Shown piece by piece: positions 30,767 to 41,612 of a stretch of 64,000 nucleotides of DNA. The notes beneath the pieces are model-generated. The model was given only the letters and a program-made list of their open reading frames with translations. It did no database searches and was not told the DNA's origin. Where the stretch lies: contig CAKOUO010000006.1 of assembly GCA_934120645.1 (NCBI GenBank), positions 3,637 through 67,636 on the forward strand, in the 5' to 3' direction. Source of the stretch: an uncultured Clostridia bacterium (lineage in GTDB: Bacteria > Bacillota > Clostridia > TANB77 > CAG-508). The position numbers were made by a program, and so were the translations under genes. How positions within the stretch are numbered: position 1 is the first letter of the stretch; each line of letters opens with the position of its first letter.

Positions 30767-31795
30767 ATGAATGAAGAGAGAATTATAGATCCTAATTTAG
30801 AAGATGCAGGAGAAGAAAGATTAGAAAATACATTAAGACCACAAACTTTAGAAGAATACATTGGACAAGATAAAGTAAAAGAAAATATGAAAATTTATAT
30901 AGAAGCAGCAAAAAAAAGAGGAGAAGCATTAGACCATGTATTATTATATGGACCTCCAGGATTGGGAAAAACAACACTTTCAAATATAATAGCTAATGAA
31001 ATGGGGTCAAATATAAAAATAACATCAGGACCAGCAATAGAAAGACCAGGAGATTTAGCTTCATTACTTACAAATTTATCAGAAAATGATGTACTTTTTA
31101 TAGACGAAATTCATAGGTTAAGTAAAAATGTAGAAGAAATATTGTATCCTGCACTTGAAGATTACACAATAGATATAATGATAGGAAAAGGACCAAGTGC
31201 AAGGTCAATAAGATTAGATTTACCAAAATTTACATTAATTGGAGCAACAACAAAAGCAGGTTCACTTACAACACCACTAAGAGATAGATTTGGAATTGTA
31301 AATAGATTAGAATTATATTCAGTTGAAAATTTACAACAAATTGTAAAAAGGTCAGCAAAAATTTTAGATGTAGAAATAGATGAAAAAGCAGCAGAAGAAA
31401 TTGCAAGAAGATCAAGAGGAACTCCAAGAATTGCAAATAGACTCTTAAAAAGAGTTAGAGATTATGCAGCAGTTCTAGGAGATGGAAATATAGATTTAAA
31501 AATTGCAAAACTTGCTTTAAACAAATTGGAAATTGATGAATTAGGTTTAGATGAAATTGATAGAAAAATATTAGATACAATGATTGTTCAATATGCAGGT
31601 AGACCAGTTGGAATAGAAGCACTATCAGTTACAATAGGAGAAGAAGTAGATACAATAGAAGATGTATATGAGCCATATTTAATTCAAATAGGTTTTATAT
31701 CAAGAACATTAAGAGGTAGAATAGTGTTACCTCCAGCATATAAACACTTAGGATATGAATATAATGGAAATATTGGACAACAAAGTTTTATTTAA
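30767..31795 (+). CDS. ruvB: Holliday junction branch migration helicase RuvB
   Basis: [40 protein letters not shown]. Confidence 0.95.
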   Translation: MNEERIIDPNLEDAGEERLENTLRPQTLEEYIGQDKVKENMKIYIEAAKKRGEALDHVLLYGPPGLGKTTLSNIIANEMGSNIKITSGPAIERPGDLASLLTNLSENDVLFIDEIHRLSKNVEEILYPALEDYTIDIMIGKGPSARSIRLDLPKFTLIGATTKAGSLTTPLRDRFGIVNRLELYSVENLQQIVKRSAKILDVEIDEKAAEEIARRSRGTPRIANRLLKRVRDYAAVLGDGNIDLKIAKLALNKLEIDELGLDEIDRKILDTMIVQYAGRPVGIEALSVTIGEEVDTIEDVYEPYLIQIGFISRTLRGRIVLPPAYKHLGYEYNGNIGQQSFI

Positions 31796-31824
31796 ATAGA
31801 GATAAAATAATAAGGGGAAAACAA

Positions 31825-33348
31825 ATGAAAACAGAAATTTTAAAACAGAAGTGTAGTAAAGATTGTATTAATTATGTAATATTAGCAGTAATAATTATAA
31901 TAATAAGTTTATTTAAATTAGGATCATCACCAATAAAAAACGATATACCAGCTATAGATTCATCAGTTTTTCAAATAATGGGAAGAGGATTGTTAAATAA
32001 TCAAATAATATACAAAGATTTATTTGATCATAAAGGACCAATTGTATATATAATAAATGCTTTAGCATATATTATAAATCCAAATGTAGGATTATATATA
32101 ATGGAAACAATAATTTTATATATAGGATTAATATTTATATATAAAAATTCAAGACTCTTTTTAAATGAAAGACTTTCAATGATTACGAGTTTGGTTTATT
32201 TAATTCCAGTATTTTCTTATTTAGATAGTGGAAATTATACAGAAGAATATGCTCTTACATTTACAAACATTGCACTATATAATATTTTAAAAATATTTAA
32301 AAACAATAAATACAATAAAAAAAGTAATTGGGTAATAATAGGAGCAACTTTTGCTGTTAATCTTATGATAAAACCTACATATATAGCAGTTTGGATTGCA
32401 TTTGGAATTGTGCAATTATTCTGTTCAATAAAAGAGAAAAAAATAAAAGAATTGCTAAAATATATTTTATATATGCTTGGCGGAATTTTAATAATACTAA
32501 TACCAATATTTTTATATTTAATAATAAATAATGATATAAAAGACTTTATAGATGCTTATTTTTTAATGAATATGAAGTACTCAAAAACAAGTATGTATGA
32601 AAAAATAACAACATTTATAAAACTAGCAAAATACTATAAATGCTTTATATATATAATAGGAATGTTAATAGGAAATCTAATTTTAATTTTTGGTAAAAAT
32701 ATTAGTAAAAGAATCAAAAGTTTTGTAACAATTTTTAATATAATGCTATTAATATTAGCTGCATGGGCTGCAAATTTATATCAACACTATTTAATACAAA
32801 CAGCACCAGGAATTGCTACTTGCTTAATATTTTTACTATATATAATAAAAAATAAAATAGAAAACAAAGACAAAATTCAAAATATAATAAAACAATTACC
32901 AATTAAATTTATATATGTTTGTGCCATAATAGTTTTACTGTTACTTGATATATCATACAATACAGTAATTAATTTTGACTATTTTAAATTAAAATATAAT
33001 TATAATGAATTAAAAAGAAATAGTATATTGGAAATAAATAATTATATGGATGAAGATGATGAATTATTTGTACTTGGTAATGATGAAAGTTGTTATATTA
33101 TTTTAAATAAACAACCTAAATACAAATATTTTTTCCAAACGCCAATCTTTTTATATGATAAACAAATTTTAGAAGATGCGGTAAAATATATTTATTATGC
33201 CAAACCAAAAGTAGTATTTAAAAGCACAACTAATAATAAAATGCTTTTTGAAAAAATATGTAAAAATGCAGATGAAATATTAAACAATGAATATGAAGAA
33301 CATGATAAAGGAATATTTAAGTATTATGTATTAAAGGAGAATAAATAA
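31825..33348 (+). CDS. polytopic membrane protein, GT-C-fold glycosyltransferase-like (ArnT/PMT_2-like)
   Basis: More than 10 TM segments. First loop has DSSVFQIMGRGLL....YKDLFDHKGP. Soluble C-terminal domain. Family assignment is tentative. Confidence 0.45.
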   Translation: MKTEILKQKCSKDCINYVILAVIIIIISLFKLGSSPIKNDIPAIDSSVFQIMGRGLLNNQIIYKDLFDHKGPIVYIINALAYIINPNVGLYIMETIILYIGLIFIYKNSRLFLNERLSMITSLVYLIPVFSYLDSGNYTEEYALTFTNIALYNILKIFKNNKYNKKSNWVIIGATFAVNLMIKPTYIAVWIAFGIVQLFCSIKEKKIKELLKYILYMLGGILIILIPIFLYLIINNDIKDFIDAYFLMNMKYSKTSMYEKITTFIKLAKYYKCFIYIIGMLIGNLILIFGKNISKRIKSFVTIFNIMLLILAAWAANLYQHYLIQTAPGIATCLIFLLYIIKNKIENKDKIQNIIKQLPIKFIYVCAIIVLLLLDISYNTVINFDYFKLKYNYNELKRNSILEINNYMDEDDELFVLGNDESCYIILNKQPKYKYFFQTPIFLYDKQILEDAVKYIYYAKPKVVFKSTTNNKMLFEKICKNADEILNNEYEEHDKGIFKYYVLKENK

Positions 33349-33349
33349 A

Positions 33350-34675
33350 ATGAAAATTGCAATAATTGGAGCAGGATATAGTGGATTAAATATAGCTAAA
33401 GAATTAGAAAAAGAAGGACAAGAAGTAACAATATTTGAAAAAAATGAGTATGTAGGTGGAATGGTAGATACAGTACCACTTTATGGAACTAGATTAGAAA
33501 AATATTATAGACATATATTTAAAAGTGATAAAGAAGCTATAAGTCTAATTGAAGAGATGGGATTAAAAGATGATTTGATATGGCCATCAACAAAAATGGG
33601 ATATCTTACAAATAGAAAAATTTATGAATTTGGAACACCAATTTCACTATTAAAATTTAAAGAATTAAACTTTATACAAAAATTAAGATTTGGATTTAAT
33701 GTTGTTGACATTAAATTAATAAATGATTATAAAAAAATAGAAAAAGTAACAGCAGAAAACTGGCTAAAAGAAAGAATAGGAGAAGATATATATTCAAAAA
33801 TTTGGGAACCACTATTAATATCAAAATTTGGTGAAAAAAAATCACAAGTTAGTATGGCTTGGTTATGGGGGAAAATAAAATTAAGAAGTACATCAAGCAC
33901 AAAAGATGGGGAACAATTAGGGTATATAAAAGGAAGCTATCAAAAATTAACAGATAAACTATATAAATATTTAATAGATAAAAATGTAGAAATAAAATTA
34001 AAAACTGAAATTCAAAGTGTAGAAAAAACAAATGAAAAATATATTGTAAAATATACAGATAATGAAATAGAAAAAGAAGACAAATTTGATATTATAATAT
34101 CAACTGTAAATTACAGAACATTTTTAAGTATGTTTGAAAAATATATAAAAAAAGAAGAAAAAGAAAAATTAGAAAAAGTTAAATATACATCAGCAAGAAC
34201 AATGCTTATTAGTACTAATAAAAGTTTTAGTCCATTTTATTGGTTAAATGTAGGAGATAATGATATACCATTTGGAGGTATTATTGAACATACTAACTTT
34301 ATAGATAAATCTAATTATAATAATAACCATATAATTTATATATCAAATTATATGACAGAAGACAATAAATTATATAATTTATCAGAAGAAGATTTATTAA
34401 AAGAATATATGAAATATTTAACTCAAATAAATAAAGATTTTACAATGGAAAACATAGTAGAATATCATGTATATGATGAAAAATATGCACAACCAATAAT
34501 AGAATGTAATTATTCAGATTTTATAATGGAAGATAAATTAAAAGATGAAAATATCTACTTATGCACAATGCCACAAATCTATCCAGAAGATAGAGGAATG
34601 AATTATGCAATTAAATTAGGAAATAAAATTGCAAAAGAAGTATTAGAGCAAGTTAATAAAAAGGAAAAAGACTAA
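33350..34675 (+). CDS. NAD(P)/FAD-dependent oxidoreductase (amine-oxidase/UDP-galactopyranose-mutase-like fold)
   Basis: N-terminal Rossmann motif KIAIIGAGYSGL...FEKNEYVGG. YRHIF and IIEHTNF motifs resemble Glf (HIFH, IEHKHF). Confidence 0.55.
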   Translation: MKIAIIGAGYSGLNIAKELEKEGQEVTIFEKNEYVGGMVDTVPLYGTRLEKYYRHIFKSDKEAISLIEEMGLKDDLIWPSTKMGYLTNRKIYEFGTPISLLKFKELNFIQKLRFGFNVVDIKLINDYKKIEKVTAENWLKERIGEDIYSKIWEPLLISKFGEKKSQVSMAWLWGKIKLRSTSSTKDGEQLGYIKGSYQKLTDKLYKYLIDKNVEIKLKTEIQSVEKTNEKYIVKYTDNEIEKEDKFDIIISTVNYRTFLSMFEKYIKKEEKEKLEKVKYTSARTMLISTNKSFSPFYWLNVGDNDIPFGGIIEHTNFIDKSNYNNNHIIYISNYMTEDNKLYNLSEEDLLKEYMKYLTQINKDFTMENIVEYHVYDEKYAQPIIECNYSDFIMEDKLKDENIYLCTMPQIYPEDRGMNYAIKLGNKIAKEVLEQVNKKEKD

Positions 34676-34676
34676 T

Positions 34677-35660
34677 ATGAAAAATAAAATAATATTAATT
34701 ATAATATGTATTATTGTAATATTTTTAGTAATAGGTACATATCAAATTACAAAAAATAAAAATACAGAAACAATTGGTAATTGGAAAAAATACACAAATG
34801 AACCAGTATTAGGAGATAAAAGTACAGGCTCAATTTTTGATCCATATGTAATGAAAGACGAAAACGGAAATTATAGAATGTATGTATCTTGGAGAAAAGA
34901 AAAAGCAATAGCCGTATCAACAAGTGAAGATGGAATAAACTGGACACCATTAAAAAAAGTACTAGATAGAGATACTTCAACAGGTTGGGAAAATGATATA
35001 AATAGAGCAACAGTTGTTTATAAAGACGGACTATATTATATGTGGTATACAGGACAAGCAAATAATATTAGTAAAATTGGTTATGCAGTAAGCAAAGATG
35101 GTTTTACATTCGAAAAAATGAATGATCCAGTACTTATACCAGAAAATAATTGGGAAAATCAATCTGTTATGAATCCATATGTATTATATGATGAAAATGA
35201 ACAAATTTTTAAGATGTGGTATGCAGCTGGTGAAACTTATGAACCAGATGTTATAGCATATGCAACAAGCACAGATGGAATACATTGGAAAAAATACGAA
35301 AACAATCCAATATTTGAAGCAAATAAAGACAATTTAGCAAAAGACAATTTTAAAGTAGGAGCTTGTGAGATACATAAAATTAATAACGAATATGTAATGT
35401 TTTATATAGGATATACAGATGTAGACACAGCAAGAATATTTGTAGCAAAATCTAAAGATGGAATAACAAATTGGACAAGATATGGAAAAACACCTATAGT
35501 TCAACCAACTAAAGGAAAATTTGATCAAGCTGCATGTTACAAACCAACAGTAGCATGGGATGAAAAAAATAATAGATGGATGCTTTGGTATAATGGAAGA
35601 ACAAATTCAAGTGAATATATAGGACTTGCAACATGTGATGAGTATAACTTTTTAAAATAA
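34677..35660 (+). CDS. membrane-anchored five-bladed beta-propeller glycosidase/phosphorylase-like protein (GH43/GH130 superfamily-like)
   Basis: N-terminal TM segment. Repeated blades (DPYVMKDENGNYRMY, STSEDGINWT, VSKDGFTFEK, TSTDGIHWKK, SKDGITNWTRY). Confidence 0.5.
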   Translation: MKNKIILIIICIIVIFLVIGTYQITKNKNTETIGNWKKYTNEPVLGDKSTGSIFDPYVMKDENGNYRMYVSWRKEKAIAVSTSEDGINWTPLKKVLDRDTSTGWENDINRATVVYKDGLYYMWYTGQANNISKIGYAVSKDGFTFEKMNDPVLIPENNWENQSVMNPYVLYDENEQIFKMWYAAGETYEPDVIAYATSTDGIHWKKYENNPIFEANKDNLAKDNFKVGACEIHKINNEYVMFYIGYTDVDTARIFVAKSKDGITNWTRYGKTPIVQPTKGKFDQAACYKPTVAWDEKNNRWMLWYNGRTNSSEYIGLATCDEYNFLK

Positions 35661-35681
35661 AATTATTAAAAAGAGGGAAAA

Positions 35682-37184
35682 ATGAAAAAGAAAAATATAT
35701 TAATAATTGCTTTTATATTTGTAGCAATATTTTCAGTAATTATAATAAAACCAATAAGTGATTTAGACGAAATATGGAATTACAACACAGCAAGAGCAAT
35801 ATCAGAAGGGCTAATTCCATATAAAGATGTTAGCATGATAACAACACCGTTAGTACCAATGGTAACAGCAATATTGTTAAAATTAATTGCAAATGAAGTA
35901 ATTATTTCAAGAATATTAGCAGCAATTCTTTGGACTGGAATTTTATTTACAATATATAAAATTTTAGAAAAATTAATGAAAGAAGAAAATATTTCACTAA
36001 TTTGCACAGCTCTAATAGGAATATTATTTAGAGATATATATTGTATAGACTATAATGTAACAGTATTATTAATAGCATTAATTACATTATATAGAGAATT
36101 AAAAGAAACTAACATATATGATAAGAAAAATGACTTTATTACAGGAATATTAGCAGGACTTGCAATATGCTCAAAACAAAGTATAGGAGTTACACTTGCA
36201 GTTATTGTAGTAATATATAAAATGTTATTTATACAAAATAAAGAAGATGTAAAAAGTTATATAAAATCAACAATTACAAGAATTATAGGAATATTAATAC
36301 CAGTAATTATATTATTTATATATTTAATTGAAACAAATGCCATAAACGATTTTATTAATTATGCAGTATTAGGAATAAGCACTTTTTCAAACAAAATATC
36401 ATATATAACATTATTTGCAAGCGAAAAAATAGAAATAAAAATATTAGCAATATTAGTACCAATAACAATTATATTAATGGCAATAGCATTAATTATTTCT
36501 AAAATAATAAAAAGTGAAAACAACAAAATTGATAAAATATTAACATTATTAATATATAGTTTATCAATAATAATAGTAATGTATCCAATATCAGATGAAA
36601 TACACTTTTTAATAGGAAGTACAATATCTATAATTGGACTAATTTATATGGCTTATATACTTGGAAAATATGTATATGATAAAATAAATTATAAAAATAA
36701 AAAAAGAATATATAAAATAATAAGTTTAATAATATGGATAATTTTATTTATTATAATTTTTACAAAAGCATTAAATAATCTATATAGTTATACAAAAACA
36801 GAAAAGAACAAAACAATTAACCATTATAAAAATATACAGATAGATGACTACCTAGCAGAAAGAATAGAAAAGATTGATAGTTATATAAAATACCAAAATA
36901 GTAATGGAAACAATGTATATATTTTAGATGCAGAAGCGGCAATATATATGATACCAGAAAACAAATATAATAAAAACTATGATATGTTCTTAAAAGGAAA
37001 TATAGGAAAAGACGGAGAAAAAGGACAAATAGAAATAATTAAACAAAGAAAAGAAAATGAATTATATTTAATAAGAAAACCAAACTTAAAACTTAACTGG
37101 CAAACACCGACAGAAGTAATAAAATATATAAGAGAAAATTTAAATAAAATAGGAGAGATAAGTATATACGAAATATACAATTAA
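35682..37184 (+). CDS. polytopic membrane protein, GT-C-fold glycosyltransferase-like
   Basis: DLDEIWNYNTARAISEGLIPYKDV in the first loop, many TM segments, soluble C-terminal domain. Confidence 0.45.
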   Translation: MKKKNILIIAFIFVAIFSVIIIKPISDLDEIWNYNTARAISEGLIPYKDVSMITTPLVPMVTAILLKLIANEVIISRILAAILWTGILFTIYKILEKLMKEENISLICTALIGILFRDIYCIDYNVTVLLIALITLYRELKETNIYDKKNDFITGILAGLAICSKQSIGVTLAVIVVIYKMLFIQNKEDVKSYIKSTITRIIGILIPVIILFIYLIETNAINDFINYAVLGISTFSNKISYITLFASEKIEIKILAILVPITIILMAIALIISKIIKSENNKIDKILTLLIYSLSIIIVMYPISDEIHFLIGSTISIIGLIYMAYILGKYVYDKINYKNKKRIYKIISLIIWIILFIIIFTKALNNLYSYTKTEKNKTINHYKNIQIDDYLAERIEKIDSYIKYQNSNGNNVYILDAEAAIYMIPENKYNKNYDMFLKGNIGKDGEKGQIEIIKQRKENELYLIRKPNLKLNWQTPTEVIKYIRENLNKIGEISIYEIYN

Positions 37185-37190
37185 GTAATT

Positions 37191-38624
37191 ATGAAAAAAA
37201 GAAAACAAGATATAATAATAGGAATTATAATATTTTTATTAGGAATTATAATGTATATCAACTGGGTCACAATGCACTATGCATCTGATACATATAATAT
37301 AATGAATGTTGGATATGAACAATATGCATTAAGATGGTCATTAAAAGATGGCAGACTATTTATGGCAATAATAACGTACATTGCTAGCAAAGTAAATATG
37401 CCAATTAATTTATTTGTAATAGGAAACCTAATAGTAGGAATTTTTATATCATGCTTATGTGTTATAAAAATAAAAAATATTGTATTAGAAAATAAAGAAA
37501 AAAATTTAAAAGATACAATAATAGTAACAGCAATTGCATTTTTTACTATATTTAATTTTATGTATATAGAAAACATGTACTTTGTAGAGTCTTCAGTAAT
37601 GGCAATAAGTTTATTATGCTTTATATATTCAGCAAACAATCTAGTAGAAAAAAATAAAATAATATTACCAACAATATTAGCAATTATAGGTATAACTGCA
37701 TATCAAGGAACAATAGGGTTTCTAATGGCATTTACATTTTTAATAACACTTATAAAAGATAAAAAAGACACAAAAACAATTATAATAGACTTTTTAAAAG
37801 CAACAGCTATAACAGTGATAGCTATAATATTTAATATGTTATTAGTAAAAGTAATAGGAAATATTACAGGACAAGTACAAAATAGAGTCGGAAGTGTTAG
37901 CCAAATATTTTCAAACATTATATATATAATTCATAATTATTTAACAATATTAAAAGATAGTTGTGGATTATTCCCAAAATATCTATTTTTAATTTTTATT
38001 GCAATAATATTTATGATATCAATAATATATGATATAAAAAATAAAACAAATAATACAATAAAAATATTTTTTATAACAGTAATTACAATAGCAAGTGGCT
38101 TTTTAGTATCTGTAGGAACATTATCAAGTTTTTATACTGGAAGATTACGTTTCTGCATAGGAGCAGTGATTGGCTTTTTATTAATATATATGTTTGTAAA
38201 AATGAAAAACAAAAATATGAAAATTATATTAACAACAATGATAATAATTTATGGAATAGCAAATATTTGGGATTGTTTATATATAACAAACGAACACAAA
38301 CAAGTGAATAAATACGAAAAACAAGAAGTAGAAGAAATACAAGAATATATAGAAAATAAAGAAGTAAATAAAATTGCAATATTAGTTATAAAAGGAAAAT
38401 CAAATAAAACATATTTTGAAGAAATAAATTCGCAATCAGTTATAACATATAATGCATTAAGATGTGACTGGGCAGCTGAAGGATTAGTTAATTTTTATAT
38501 AGAAAATAATCTACAAAGGATAAATTTAACAAAAGAACAATTAGAAAAGTATAGTAAAATAAAAGATGATAAAGGATATGAAATTGTAGATGATATATTA
38601 GTACTAGAAACATATATGTACTAA
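37191..38624 (+). CDS. GtrII-like polytopic glucosyltransferase-like membrane protein (paralog A)
   Basis: YASDTYNIMNVGYEQYALRWSLKDGRLFM near the N-terminus, about 11 TM segments, soluble C-terminus ending YMY. Paralog of 41609..43087. Confidence 0.5.
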   Translation: MKKRKQDIIIGIIIFLLGIIMYINWVTMHYASDTYNIMNVGYEQYALRWSLKDGRLFMAIITYIASKVNMPINLFVIGNLIVGIFISCLCVIKIKNIVLENKEKNLKDTIIVTAIAFFTIFNFMYIENMYFVESSVMAISLLCFIYSANNLVEKNKIILPTILAIIGITAYQGTIGFLMAFTFLITLIKDKKDTKTIIIDFLKATAITVIAIIFNMLLVKVIGNITGQVQNRVGSVSQIFSNIIYIIHNYLTILKDSCGLFPKYLFLIFIAIIFMISIIYDIKNKTNNTIKIFFITVITIASGFLVSVGTLSSFYTGRLRFCIGAVIGFLLIYMFVKMKNKNMKIILTTMIIIYGIANIWDCLYITNEHKQVNKYEKQEVEEIQEYIENKEVNKIAILVIKGKSNKTYFEEINSQSVITYNALRCDWAAEGLVNFYIENNLQRINLTKEQLEKYSKIKDDKGYEIVDDILVLETYMY

Positions 38625-38646
38625 TTTATAAAGAAGGGAACAAAAA

Positions 38647-39678
38647 ATGAAATTATTAATGCATACTTGTTGTGCTCCATGTAGTGTATATTGTATAGAT
38701 AGTTTAAAAAAAGAAGGAATAGAACCAACGATATATTGGTATAACCCTAATATACATCCATATACAGAATATAAAGCTAGAAGAGATTGTCTAAAAGAAT
38801 ATACCAAAAGTATAGGGTTACAAGCAATATTTGAAGAAGAATATGGACTAGATGAATTTTGCAAAAATGTAGTTAGTGACTTAAAAAACAGATGCGTAAA
38901 CTATTGTTATCCTGTTAGATTAAGAAAAACATTTGAATATGCAAAAGAGCATGGATATGATGCTGTCACAACAACACTTTTATACAGTATATATCAAAAC
39001 CATAATTTTATAAAAAATTATATGGAACAATTAAGTAAAGAATTTGGAATTGAATTTTTATATAGAGATTTTAGAGTTGGTTTTAGAGAGGGACAAACTA
39101 AAGCAAGAGAATTAGGGTTGTATATGCAAAAATATTGTGGATGCGTTTTTTCAGAGGAAGATAGATATTTAAAGCGTAACATCACCAAAACTGTGCTACC
39201 AGAAGGATATGAACTTCCAAAAAGACAAAGACTAGAGGTAAAAAGAATAGATAATAAAGAAGATTATATTGACTTACTTTTAGAAGCAGAACCTTCAAAG
39301 GATATTATTCACAGTTATTTAAAAGAATCAGATGTTTATGGATTAAAATTAGAAGACGATGTTATTTCTTTAGCAGTTATTTTGCCTATTTCTAAGAAAA
39401 CATTAGAATTAAAAAATTTGGTTACAAAAAAAGAATATAGAGGAAAAGGTTATGCAAAAAAGCTTTTAAAATCGTTATGTGGTAATTATAAACAAAAGTA
39501 TGATAAAATGTTAGTTGGAACATCAGAAAACAATATTCCATTCTATGTTAAACAAGGATTTGATAAATATGAAAAGACAATAAAAAATTATTTTGTAGAT
39601 AATTATAATGAAGAGATATGGAACGCAGATTTACATTGTATTGATATGTATTATTACTCAAAAGAATTAAAAAGATAA
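38647..39678 (+). CDS. queH: epoxyqueuosine reductase QueH fused to a C-terminal GNAT acetyltransferase-like domain
   Basis: LLMHTCCAPCS...CxxYCY...YCGCVFSE (DUF208/QueH) over aa ~1-175. GNAT-like KNLVTKKEYRGKGYAKKLL...FYVKQGF over aa ~205-340. Confidence 0.7.
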   Translation: MKLLMHTCCAPCSVYCIDSLKKEGIEPTIYWYNPNIHPYTEYKARRDCLKEYTKSIGLQAIFEEEYGLDEFCKNVVSDLKNRCVNYCYPVRLRKTFEYAKEHGYDAVTTTLLYSIYQNHNFIKNYMEQLSKEFGIEFLYRDFRVGFREGQTKARELGLYMQKYCGCVFSEEDRYLKRNITKTVLPEGYELPKRQRLEVKRIDNKEDYIDLLLEAEPSKDIIHSYLKESDVYGLKLEDDVISLAVILPISKKTLELKNLVTKKEYRGKGYAKKLLKSLCGNYKQKYDKMLVGTSENNIPFYVKQGFDKYEKTIKNYFVDNYNEEIWNADLHCIDMYYYSKELKR

Positions 39679-39896
39679 AAGAGTAATTTATAGGAAGAAT
39701 TTGAATATGGAAAAAAAAAGAATGAACAAAGAAAAACTGGGTAGATAAGCAGCTACATAAATAAAAAAATAAACCATCCTACTTTTGACAGGGTAAATGT
39801 TTTATTAAAACATTCTCTGACAAAAACGTATCTAACAGAATTGTCATTTTCTATTTTTATTATACTCTAATTATAGTGATAAAATCAAGAAATAAA

Positions 39897-40016
39897 GAAA
39901 CTGGTGGAGTAAGTCTAGGATTTGCTATTGCAAAATCAATAGCAAATATGAATAATGCAGAAATTAAACTAAAAAGCAAAGAAGAAGAGGGTTCTACATT
40001 TACAGTAGTATTTTAG
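39897..40016 (+). pseudogene. remnant of a histidine kinase C-terminus (HATPase_c G2 box)
   Basis: In-frame ETGGVSLGFAIAKSIANMNNAEIKLKSKEEEGSTFTVVF*. No start codon and none of the rest of the kinase. Confidence 0.55.
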
Positions 40017-40040
40017 GACTATTAGGAGGAATTATTAAAA

Positions 40041-40679
40041 ATGAAAGAAAAAACAAAAGAATTTATAATAAAAAATTTAAAATGGTTAATATTATTTATC
40101 AGTTTAATAGGATTTTTAGCATTAGCAGAAGATGTATTCCATAAAGAAATAATGAATGGAGATATAATCGGATATAAGGTAATATCAACAGTTCTAATAT
40201 CAGATTTTACAACACCAATTGCAAAATTTATTACAAACTTTGGAGGAGCAATATTTTTAATAATATTAACAATAGCACTATTTATAGTAATAAAAAATAA
40301 AAAAGTAGGATTGTCAATTATTATAAATTTAATTGTAATTACAGTATTAAACCAAATATTAAAACATATATTACAAAGACCTCGTCCAACAGAATTTAGA
40401 ATAATAGAAGAAACAGGATATAGTTTTCCGTCTGGGCATTCTATGGTAAGTATGGCGTTTTATGGTTATTTGATATATTTAATTTACAAATATGTTAAAA
40501 ACAAAAATGTTAAGTGGATATCTATTGTTTTGCTAAGTATTTTGATATGTTCTATTGGAATAAGTAGAATTTATTTAGGTGTGCATTATACAAGTGATGT
40601 TTTGGGTGGATTCTTAATATCAGTTTCATATTTAGTTGTTTATACTTTAATTGTTAATAGATTTTTGTTAGATGATTAA
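40041..40679 (+). CDS. PAP2 family phosphatase (undecaprenyl-diphosphatase/BcrC-like)
   Basis: KHILQRPRP, PSGHS, SRIYLGVHYTSDV. Confidence 0.85.
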   Translation: MKEKTKEFIIKNLKWLILFISLIGFLALAEDVFHKEIMNGDIIGYKVISTVLISDFTTPIAKFITNFGGAIFLIILTIALFIVIKNKKVGLSIIINLIVITVLNQILKHILQRPRPTEFRIIEETGYSFPSGHSMVSMAFYGYLIYLIYKYVKNKNVKWISIVLLSILICSIGISRIYLGVHYTSDVLGGFLISVSYLVVYTLIVNRFLLDD

Positions 40680-40766
40680 AAATGAAAATTAATCTATTTG
40701 CTTGGGAGAAAATAAGAAAAAAATTTTTCAGAAAGATAAATAATAATTTATGGAGGTATTATAACT

Positions 40767-41263
40767 ATGAAAATAAAACAGCAAAAGCAGATAAAATCAT
40801 TTTTAATCAAAGAATTCGGAATGGATAAGGGTAAAGTATTATTTAATAAGCAAGAGATAATACTTAATGAACTTATTGAAAACACAATAAACAAGTCAAA
40901 AAATCAAATGAAAACACTTGTCCAAACGATTTTTCCTCGCATAGCGTTGTATAAAGTTATGTCAAAAGACGGTTTCTCGGAAGAAGATGTATATCAATTT
41001 ACAGCAATATATTTCTTAAAATTATGCGCATAACCGATTTGCAGGAAAGCATACAATATCATGGTAAGGATTATTTTGATATAACTATAAAAAAATGCCT
41101 TTGGCATACGGCTTGCGTAGAAAACGGTTATGCAAAGCTATGCCGTCTGTTTTGTGATGTTGATGATGTGACATATGGTGGGCTGAAAAAAATAGGATTT
41201 ACTAGAACAAAAACCTTAGGTTATGGCGGAGATTACTGCGATTTTCATTTTTATAAAAAATAG
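40767..41263 (+). pseudogene. disrupted L-2-amino-thiazoline-4-carboxylic acid (ATC) hydrolase family gene
   Basis: Split into two overlapping frames (40767..41033 and 41024..41263). C-terminal CLWHTAC...LCRLFCDVDDVTYGG...FTRTKTLGYGGDYCDFHF. Visibly higher G+C than its surroundings. Confidence 0.5.
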
Positions 41264-41357
41264 TTAATTATATTGTGCGACAAATTATAATTTAATTATT
41301 TGTTAGATAAATAGAAATTTATATGATAGAATGTTAAGTGAAAAAGGACGTGATAAA

Positions 41358-41612
41358 ATGAATAGTAAAGAAATATTAGCAAAAATAAGAGAACTTTCTA
41401 ATGAAGAAAAAAGGAAAATCAATTACGAGAAATTAAAGGAGATAATGGAATATATGCCCCCTGATGAAATAATTGAATTAAGTAATATAATAGGATATAC
41501 TGTTTTTACTAGATTATGTATGGGAGTATTACAACATAAAATTGTTCTATTACAAGATGGTGCTGCAGCAATAATAATTAATAATGAAGAAAGATTAAGG
41601 AAAAGCAAATGA
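41358..41612 (+). CDS. hypothetical small protein, translationally coupled (ATGA) to the downstream GtrII-like gene
   Basis: ATG 41358 with AAAGGA SD. Its stop overlaps the start of the gene at 41609. Confidence 0.3.
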   Translation: MNSKEILAKIRELSNEEKRKINYEKLKEIMEYMPPDEIIELSNIIGYTVFTRLCMGVLQHKIVLLQDGAAAIIINNEERLRKSK

